This document shows, piece by piece, positions 57,217 through 64,000 of a stretch of DNA of 64,000 nt. Location of the stretch: IMG/VR virus record IMGVR_UViG_3300025890_000021, positions 26,404-90,403 of that record. One strand, written 5' to 3'. This stretch comes from a virus. Its lineage: Duplodnaviria > Caudoviricetes. Below the pieces are notes generated by a model. It did not search any database and was not told the origin of the DNA. It saw only the letters and a program-made list of their open reading frames with translations. Made by a program: the position numbers and the translations under genes. Every line of letters begins with the position of its first letter. Within the stretch, counting starts at the first letter, position 1.

Positions 57217-57924
57217 TCAATTTTCTAAAGATTTTTGGAATTCTTCGAATGGAATATACTCTAAATCGGGCTGTTTATCCTCGATGGGTTCAAGTTCTAC
57301 TTCAAGTGCGGGAATAATTTCTGCGGTTTCCTCGCGTTCTACTGATATATCTAAGGGTAATTGTTCCTCGATAACTTGCATTAATGGTACATCCCTATGA
57401 CGATACCAACCTTTAATAGTGGTTTGTAATTGATATACGCAGTTCAAACATAGTACACGCAAGTTCTCTATCTTGGTGTTCAAATGGTCTTTATCAAAGA
57501 AATCTAATAACAATGGATATGAGGTATCAGTAATGTGTGTGTAATCACAACCGCAATTACTACACTTTTGTTCTAAATATCCCTCTTGAAAGGCCCTTTT
57601 CAGTAGTGTAGTCTCACGAAATGGACTAGGATTCTCGCCTGAAAGTATTTTTTGTAAATCATATGGAGTGATTTTAGTACTATTACGCTTCCTAATACCA
57701 GCACTACTCGGTAATGGGTTCCATAAATCATACATTTTGGCGTATTTCTTAAAAGTTTGGTAACTCATATTAAGATATTCGCTAGCCATTTTCATTGATT
57801 GTGTTGATTTTATGGCCGCAGTTATCTGACGTTTTGTCGGATTCTTCGCTGGACGACCCTTTAATGTGTTTTTTATACCAATAGCCATGTTATTTACCCT
57901 TATGTGACAAAGTGTCATACGCAT
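57217..57924 (-). CDS. HTH plus degenerate HNH protein
   Basis: HTH-like ASEYLNMSYQTFKKY; CSNC..LDFFD..ENLRVLCLNC with the catalytic His positions not conserved; likely start 57888. Confidence 0.6.
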   Translation of the reverse strand: MRMTLCHIRVNNMAIGIKNTLKGRPAKNPTKRQITAAIKSTQSMKMASEYLNMSYQTFKKYAKMYDLWNPLPSSAGIRKRNSTKITPYDLQKILSGENPSPFRETTLLKRAFQEGYLEQKCSNCGCDYTHITDTSYPLLLDFFDKDHLNTKIENLRVLCLNCVYQLQTTIKGWYRHRDVPLMQVIEEQLPLDISVEREETAEIIPALEVELEPIEDKQPDLEYIPFEEFQKSLEN

Positions 57925-58645
57925 AGATAGAGGCAGTATATTCGTTATTAAATGTTAGGTTTATTAATACATCTATCTATATTAATAAGTATCCCGATAT
58001 GGGAAAAGTGGGTTATGGTGGGGGGAATACCCTATGATAAAATCGGTATTGTATCCATCTCAGAATGCAACCCACGAAGTGGTGTATACGATTACATCAT
58101 TTGATATAACATATGGAATACTCTGAATAATAAATAACCATATATAAAAAACCCTATTATCAATATAGGGGGAGTGTCACTTGGGGAACTATGTCGCTTG
58201 GATAAGTTGTCTGTGTGTAGTATTGGCATCTCTAGTCAAAATCTTTTTTACTAATGGGGTGGTATCGTTGTACTATATAGAGTAAGGCTATTAGAATTAT
58301 TATTGTTGTGAGTATTATCATTTTACAATATAGTATACTCCCATTACCCAACACCATATAGTGATGAACGCTAAAATATAAATCATTCGAAGTAATCCTT
58401 ATCTATATCGTTCCAATCCTTTAATGAAAGTGTGATATTATTAAAGGCGTTCGTTATATAATACCACATACCTATGATTAACATAAATGGTGTTAACCAC
58501 AACCATAACACTATCCACGCGTGTTGTTTTATAAATTCTATCATTTAATTACTCCGTAATTCATTATCTTCTCTTACGAAGTTTACGCTGTCTAATTATT
58601 GTACGAGCAGTTATAGTTCTTGTATCTATTCTACTCCCGCAGTAT

Positions 58646-58954
58646 CTATCCATTATCATCTTGAATCTCTCCCATCATTCCATCATATATGATTCCTTTG
58701 GAATCCATTATCTTACTTTCATCGTATGGTGTATCGGTGATATCATCAATCAAAACTCCATCATCCTTTCTCACACGACCTGTACTACCACCATTCCACA
58801 TTTCAACTTCCTCTTGCATGTGTGGTGGTAAATCTTCTTTCCATATCCAACTTAAATTATTCCATAACTCCACCATATAACTTACACCTATCTTCACCAT
58901 TATGATGAGTAAATCAAACAAATTATTAAAGATTCTATCTAAACGATTATTCAT
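58646..58954 (-). CDS. hypothetical protein
   Basis: ORF track. Confidence 0.45.
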   Translation of the reverse strand: MNNRLDRIFNNLFDLLIIMVKIGVSYMVELWNNLSWIWKEDLPPHMQEEVEMWNGGSTGRVRKDDGVLIDDITDTPYDESKIMDSKGIIYDGMMGEIQDDNG

Positions 58955-59333
58955 TTATTTCAACTTCCATTATGGTTTGCTTTGGTAATACACTATAAGG
59001 GGATGGCACTTGGATTTTCACGAGTATATAAGTAACCCCATTCCATTTAAAATCTTCCTCGTGGAATCCTATCTCGCCTGTCTCTTTCATCACCACTAAT
59101 CTATTCAATGCATCCAATAACTCTTCATCGGAACGCATCTTCTCACCTAATCCAATGAACTCTATCTCTAACCAACATCCATATCCCTCCGTCATACTCG
59201 GAACCAATCTATAAGGAATTATCTCGGTTATTCGAGTATCGTGTTGTCCGCGAAGTTGCGTACCAAATAACACAACCATCATCACTATGATGTGAACTAT
59301 AGAGAAAAAATATTTACTTGAAAAGATTTTCAT
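58947..59333 (-). CDS. membrane-anchored hypothetical protein
   Basis: N-terminal hydrophobic helix; AAGGA RBS. Confidence 0.5.
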   Translation of the reverse strand: MKIFSSKYFFSIVHIIVMMVVLFGTQLRGQHDTRITEIIPYRLVPSMTEGYGCWLEIEFIGLGEKMRSDEELLDALNRLVVMKETGEIGFHEEDFKWNGVTYILVKIQVPSPYSVLPKQTIMEVEINE

Positions 59334-59529
59334 AACTTGTCCTTTTACTTAACTAATCTATTTACACGATTTTGATATGTGATTTGGGTAATCTCGAAGA
59401 GATTATCCCATGAACTTATCGAGTCGTAACTTTGTTGAATTATCCCGTCTTCATATATACATATATAACATGAAGAAAAAAAGTCTAAACTTTATTCAAC
59501 TTTCTCAAAATAAGCGAGTCGTACTTTGT

Positions 59530-61002
59530 TTACGCATCCTCGTCCTCTTCGATAGGTTCCTCATTTAGAGAAACCTCATCATCATGGTGTACTTTCTTAT
59601 GACACTCATTATGTAGTATCACAATATTCTCTACTGAATTTTCTCCACCATACTGATACTCTTCGATGTGATGAGCATCATCTTGTAGGTGAACTGTCTC
59701 TCCACATATAGGACACTTACAATCTTGGTTCAATAGTACTTCGAACCTCTGTTGTTTGTTCACATTCCTATCCACCTGTCTCAACTGAACACCATACTCA
59801 TCATTGAACTTTGTGAACTCACCATCCAACTCACCCAACTTCATATCGAAGTAGTGATTCAATTCATTGGTCACCGCAGTGATAGTTTCTGAATCATCAA
59901 ATCTTAGAAGGTCAAGGAACTTATATACTTTCTTACCAGTACCCTTATCCATAGTTCCCATTTTCGTGGTTACATCATGGAACATCTTGTTTACGAACTC
60001 GAAGAACTTCTTGTTATCTGTTATCTTCACATTGTATAGTTTGGATAGGTCAATCATGAACCATACGAAGGCACGAACCTTACCCAATCCGAACTCACTC
60101 TTACCACACTTATCTGGTATACTCTCTATCATCTCACCAACTTGTTTGATGATAGTCTTGAATCCACTTGGAATCTTTTCCCCTACCAATGTTCTCATCT
60201 TAGGTAGATTTACCTTATTTGGACCATGTAGGAAGATATAGAACCACTTGAGTATTTGTTCTGAAGCGGTATATCTCAATGTACCAATACCTCTACTATC
60301 CCAATCATACTCGTCATTCATTCCACGAACCCAATCGTATGTATCACTTTCTTCAGCCAATAGTATCTCAATCTTGTTTAGACCAGTAGAACCACTATTC
60401 AACTTAATGAACAATTGACGAACTTGTGATTCAGTACCATCCACAATCACAACAGGTAATTGTAGTTTCTCCATCAAGGTATCCCACAATATATCACCAT
60501 TAGGTAGTTCATCAACTATCTGTTGGTATGTCAATCCACTTAGGTCAACATACTGTCCATTCAATCCTTGAACTATCACACCTGAACCAAGAGAGAACTT
60601 GTTACTCAAGAAGTTTTTACAAGTTATCCATCTCTGTTGTCCATCAATGATTTCAAGTACATTTAGAGTTTCCCTCAACCACAGATATAGTGGATTCTGA
60701 AGTGTTCCATCAAGTATCGCACACATGATACTCTGTTGACCAGATACATCTTTTACGAACTTTCTTTGAAACCTCTTAGGTACTTTCAAGTGGTTACTGA
60801 TATTCAGAAATGTGGCACCATCCACTTTTTCTGATTCACCTATCAAGAAGTTATATAGAGTTACCCCTACTTCACTTACTTTCTTTCGTAGTTTCAATCC
60901 GAAACTACCTACATTCAATCTTTCTCGGATAGTTAGTCCACCAACATTCAACTCATATTGTTGGTTTGACAACCTACCAAGTGCTGTCTTGTTTTCGTTC
61001 AT
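59530..61002 (-). CDS. DUF262 (ParB-like) plus HNH nuclease, GmrSD-like architecture
   Basis: VPKRFQR, IIDGQQR, F.KLN; C-terminal CPIC..HHI..GG.NS.EN..H.ECH. Confidence 0.75.
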   Translation of the reverse strand: MNENKTALGRLSNQQYELNVGGLTIRERLNVGSFGLKLRKKVSEVGVTLYNFLIGESEKVDGATFLNISNHLKVPKRFQRKFVKDVSGQQSIMCAILDGTLQNPLYLWLRETLNVLEIIDGQQRWITCKNFLSNKFSLGSGVIVQGLNGQYVDLSGLTYQQIVDELPNGDILWDTLMEKLQLPVVIVDGTESQVRQLFIKLNSGSTGLNKIEILLAEESDTYDWVRGMNDEYDWDSRGIGTLRYTASEQILKWFYIFLHGPNKVNLPKMRTLVGEKIPSGFKTIIKQVGEMIESIPDKCGKSEFGLGKVRAFVWFMIDLSKLYNVKITDNKKFFEFVNKMFHDVTTKMGTMDKGTGKKVYKFLDLLRFDDSETITAVTNELNHYFDMKLGELDGEFTKFNDEYGVQLRQVDRNVNKQQRFEVLLNQDCKCPICGETVHLQDDAHHIEEYQYGGENSVENIVILHNECHKKVHHDDEVSLNEEPIEEDEDA

Positions 61003-61502
61003 TTAGAACTCCTTACTTTCTTTTCGTCTTTCATCTCGATACGAACATTATGTATCCCACGAGATTCACACCTTGCTTTGAATCGTTTGTACATTTGATT
61101 CATTGCCTTTCTTTGTTTAACTGATAGTGTACCATTGAAACGCAATTGTTTCTCTACACTACCTAAAAATTCATTACTTCTAACTACATAACCAGGTTGG
61201 TAATCACATCCACTCAATAGAGTTCTGATGAGATTAATCTTGTAAGTACCATCTTCGATTCTCTCCAACTTCTCATACTTATCCAACTTGTTCTCACTCT
61301 CTTGCCACTTCACATATTGGGCAACAATCTTATCCATACTGATTTGCATTTTGGCAGTTATTTTTCTTTTACCAAACGCATTGTACATACTGATAGTGAA
61401 CTCTCTTGAATTATCTGGTTGATAGTATCTATGGTCGTTCAGTATGTGGTTAAGTTGTCGTTTAACCTTATTCAGTTTTTCTGGATAATCTACATAACTC
61501 AT
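60999..61502 (-). CDS. hypothetical protein
   Basis: Internally duplicated F..S...Q..LS.KQ segments. Confidence 0.55.
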   Translation of the reverse strand: MSYVDYPEKLNKVKRQLNHILNDHRYYQPDNSREFTISMYNAFGKRKITAKMQISMDKIVAQYVKWQESENKLDKYEKLERIEDGTYKINLIRTLLSGCDYQPGYVVRSNEFLGSVEKQLRFNGTLSVKQRKAMNQMYKRFKARCESRGIHNVRIEMKDEKKVRSSK

Positions 61503-61504
61503 AT

Positions 61505-61720
61505 CTAATTCTTCCTATTATACAAATCTAAACCTTTTTCGAAAGCATTTGCCTTCTCTATAACCTCTTCCACTTTTTCTTTCAACACATATAGTGTATT
61601 ACGAGCACCATCTATGTAACTCCTACTATCTGTAGTACTTGAGTACTCAGGTAGAGAATTTACTGAATCATCTAACTCACATTCTATCTCGTTAATCAGT
61701 TCTAATATTTCTTTCATCAC
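61505..61720 (-). CDS. hypothetical protein
   Basis: ORF tiles in operon. Confidence 0.5.
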   Translation of the reverse strand: MMKEILELINEIECELDDSVNSLPEYSSTTDSRSYIDGARNTLYVLKEKVEEVIEKANAFEKGLDLYNRKN

Positions 61721-61902
61721 GCAACTCCAAAATTATTGGTTATAAAACATGCATCCATCAATGTGATATCTGGTTTGGATTCTACAATCCATTCCTCTAC
61801 CATATCAATAATTAACAACATCATATCTGGACTCATATGCTGTGCAGTTATCCACAACGGGTCATTTGTTGGGAATGGATTATCCAACATCGAAAACATC
61901 AT
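61717..61902 (-). CDS. hypothetical protein
   Basis: ORF tiles in operon. Confidence 0.45.
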   Translation of the reverse strand: MMFSMLDNPFPTNDPLWITAQHMSPDMMLLIIDMVEEWIVESKPDITLMDACFITNNFGVA

Positions 61903-62077
61903 CCATTAAATCCTCGAACTCTTCGACTGGATTACCGAACATATCATTCAAAGTATCAAACTCTGAATTCTTCAACCCCATATCTTCAAGAGCCTTAACT
62001 TTGACTCCATATCCGATATCATTTTTTGAAACCCTCTTCTTATTGGATTTCTTGACTGTTGTTTTTAGTTTCTTCAT
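61880..62077 (-). CDS. hypothetical protein
   Basis: AGGAG RBS; downstream of promoter copy 9. Confidence 0.55.
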   Translation of the reverse strand: MKKLKTTVKKSNKKRVSKNDIGYGVKVKALEDMGLKNSEFDTLNDMFGNPVEEFEDLMDDVFDVG

Positions 62078-62111
62078 GAAACACTCCTATTCTTATTAAA
62101 AATCATATAGT

Positions 62112-62150
62112 AATATAAGGCTTTTTTACTATAATTGTCAAGTACTTTTT
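62112..62150 (-). promoter_or_regulatory. conserved sigma70-type promoter, copy 9
   Basis: TTGACA-N18-TATATT. Confidence 0.7.
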
Positions 62151-62160
62151 TCAAGTATTT

Positions 62161-62385
62161 TTAGCCTCTCTCAACTTTACCCTTATGGGCCCAATTTACT
62201 GAGTATGGTCTTTCAGAATACTCAAAGTTCTTGTTGATAGCTTTTGGTATCTGTGAACATATCTCATTAGCGAACCATTCAGCATCTTTCCACTCGTTTG
62301 TGTTGGCTTTTTCACCAAAACCTTGGTCTGGTACATATATCTCCAAACTTACATTTACAAAAAATCGAGTTGCATCCTTAGCCAT
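62161..62385 (-). CDS. hypothetical protein
   Basis: ORF tiles in operon. Confidence 0.5.
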   Translation of the reverse strand: MAKDATRFFVNVSLEIYVPDQGFGEKANTNEWKDAEWFANEICSQIPKAINKNFEYSERPYSVNWAHKGKVERG

Positions 62386-62636
62386 TAGTATTGTCCGTTT
62401 CTGTTATAGATTGTTATCACTGCGTTGTTTCTCACAACCAAGTAGTGTCCAGTTCCAAAGTGAATGTATTGTGGGTCATTAAACCTCATTCTCCTTAGAA
62501 GATGTCTGAACTGGTAAGGTTTCATAACCTTTTCCATATATCTCTTTAGTAGATTCTTATCAGCGATTTGATAACCACCGAAATATCTCTCGTTGAATCT
62601 CTCAACGAAGTGGTCTGTTAATCTTAGTTCATCCAT
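62385..62636 (-). CDS. hypothetical protein with RelE-like pattern
   Basis: LTDHFVERFNER..LVVRNNAVITIY. Confidence 0.45.
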   Translation of the reverse strand: MDELRLTDHFVERFNERYFGGYQIADKNLLKRYMEKVMKPYQFRHLLRRMRFNDPQYIHFGTGHYLVVRNNAVITIYNRNGQY

Positions 62637-62676
62637 TTTTTTCTTTCCTTTATTTTCTTTCTTTAACTTATACCTA

Positions 62677-62718
62677 AATATACGGCTTTTTTCCTATATA
62701 AGTCAAGTGTTTTTTTTT
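62677..62718 (-). promoter_or_regulatory. conserved sigma70-type promoter, copy 10
   Basis: CAC-TTGACT-N18-TATATT. Confidence 0.65.
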
Positions 62719-62901
62719 ATTTTTTTCTATTGAATAAAAAATCTAAAATATCATTAGCAGTTTCGTTCTCTTCAACTATCTCATTGAGATTATCAAATAG
62801 ATTTAATTGATTCTTGTGATTACCATAATCAGTTCTCTCAACTAAATCACCAAACGCGTTTATTACTAAGTTCTTCATGTTATCCCCTTTTATCATACTA
62901 T

Positions 62902-62942
62902 AATATAGGGCAAAAAGCCGATACGAGTCAAGTGTTTTTTTG
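62902..62942 (-). promoter_or_regulatory. conserved sigma70-type promoter, copy 11
   Basis: CAC-TTGACT-N18-TATATT. Confidence 0.7.
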
Positions 62943-62967
62943 AATTATTTTGATTTATTTTAGTTAT

Positions 62968-63255
62968 TTAAGATAATTTAAACATATCAACTATATGTTT
63001 TATTAATAACCCTACGAAACCTGTTCCGATAACTCCACGCCATTTCTTTGTATCTTGCCTGAATTGGGTGTTTTGTTTCGTTTCTGCCCATAAACCCTCA
63101 TGTGGATTAAATAGATTCTCTTTCACAAATTTGATATCTGTGGACACTTCTTGATGTGCCTTATCCATTTCTGTCTTCATATCCTCAATAGATTGCGTAA
63201 TGTGGTCAATCTTATTGTGGATTAAATCGAATTCTGTTCTATCTTTTTGGTTCAT
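62968..63255 (-). CDS. coiled-coil protein with C-terminal TM
   Basis: Heptads followed by hydrophobic GVIGTGFVGLLI. Confidence 0.55.
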   Translation of the reverse strand: MNQKDRTEFDLIHNKIDHITQSIEDMKTEMDKAHQEVSTDIKFVKENLFNPHEGLWAETKQNTQFRQDTKKWRGVIGTGFVGLLIKHIVDMFKLS

Positions 63256-63319
63256 GTGTAGTTCCTATATTTTCCATACACTAATAAGTATTGTATATAT
63301 AAAAACTATGTAAAAAAAT

Positions 63320-63613
63320 CTATGATTTTTTTGATTGATTTTTCTTAGAAGATGCAGAATATTTCTTCTGAAACTTCTGTCTTCTATTTCTTGGTTGCGG
63401 TTTTCTTGGTTTATAATTCTTACTCATTCTGAATATTTCACCCTTTAATAATTTCCTTTGCAACTCTAAATCATTGATTCTGCCTTCGTTCTCATCTATT
63501 ATACCTCTAAGTGTATTATCTTTATTGATTAAACTTATTGCAAAAGCCATAATTCCAACTGAACTACCTACTATCATTCCACTTAGGAATGCAATCCATA
63601 CATTATCTATCAT
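63320..63613 (-). CDS. TM plus coiled-coil protein with basic tail
   Basis: N-terminal TM; basic C-terminus. Confidence 0.55.
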   Translation of the reverse strand: MIDNVWIAFLSGMIVGSSVGIMAFAISLINKDNTLRGIIDENEGRINDLELQRKLLKGEIFRMSKNYKPRKPQPRNRRQKFQKKYSASSKKNQSKKS

Positions 63614-64000
63614 TTCTATCTCCTATCTAAAACTTAAATTTATCATTATAATCATCTTTGTACATATCGTAAAGGCAAATTCCTACTACACCAAGTGTAC
63701 CAATAGTGATTATTATCTGGTCAACTGTCATTTTATATCTCGTTCAATATCTCTGTATTGTTCAAATATATCTCTATCTAAATTTACATTCAATCTATAG
63801 AATGCATATACAAAAACTATTGTTATTATTGTTTCAATCATCCTAATCCATCCTTACCTTTTAATACTTCATCTGTTTCTGCCTGTTCTTCTCTCCACCA
63901 TTCATATTTCATATTGCCCATTTGTCTATTCTGTAGATTGTTTTTAAAATTTGTTTCATATTCCGTTTGTGACATCACTCTCCATAATGTATCAAATGAT

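Noticed and set aside
26219-62942. Recurrent about 40-bp element as a CRISPR repeat or IS end
   Set aside because: Copies are dispersed and degenerate, with no regular spacers, cas genes or transposase; it fits a promoter
4379-63800. Numerous + strand ORFs in the track (e.g. 4379..4894, 10653..11165, 16135..16542, 20871..21305, 59867..60241)
   Set aside because: They are antisense shadows of well-supported minus-strand genes, with Ser/Phe/Leu-rich composition and no RBS
1-64000. Stop-codon reassignment
   Set aside because: Long known genes are intact under code 11, and TAA, TGA and TAG all appear to terminate genes

Overview
This is a 64 kb internal segment of a large, AT-rich, contractile-tailed (T4-like baseplate) dsDNA phage genome, with essentially every gene on the minus strand. 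In coordinate order it holds: (1) a 7 kb cassette of exported proteins (a T9SS-CTD cargo with cohesin/dockerin-like modules, a PorV-like barrel, two CsgG-like proteins and another beta-barrel); (2) a baseplate/tail module (tail-collar-like paralogs, a 1629-aa protein with a Hint domain, an S74 chaperone protein, gp6-, gp25- and hub-like genes); (3) a GH6 glycoside hydrolase and a gp55-like sigma factor; (4) an overlapping four-gene cluster (SPPY methyltransferase, thymidylate-synthase homolog with a dCMP-type Asp, AsnB amidotransferase, PLP enzyme) that looks like an uncharacterised nucleobase-modification pathway; (5) tmRNA, tRNA-Cys, tRNA-Ala and many accessory genes (uvsE, def, phoH, J-domain, hsp20, thioredoxin, AAA+/VWA pair, sulfotransferase, MTAN-metK-apt, groES, UDP-sugar dehydrogenase, carbamoyltransferase, DUF262-HNH). 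Two recurrent promoter-like motifs are visible: 11 copies of TTGACW-N18-TATATT and about 15 copies of WTAYTTATWW. No CRISPR array, rRNA, capsid, terminase or integrase was seen. Product calls come from motif recognition by eye, with no database searches.
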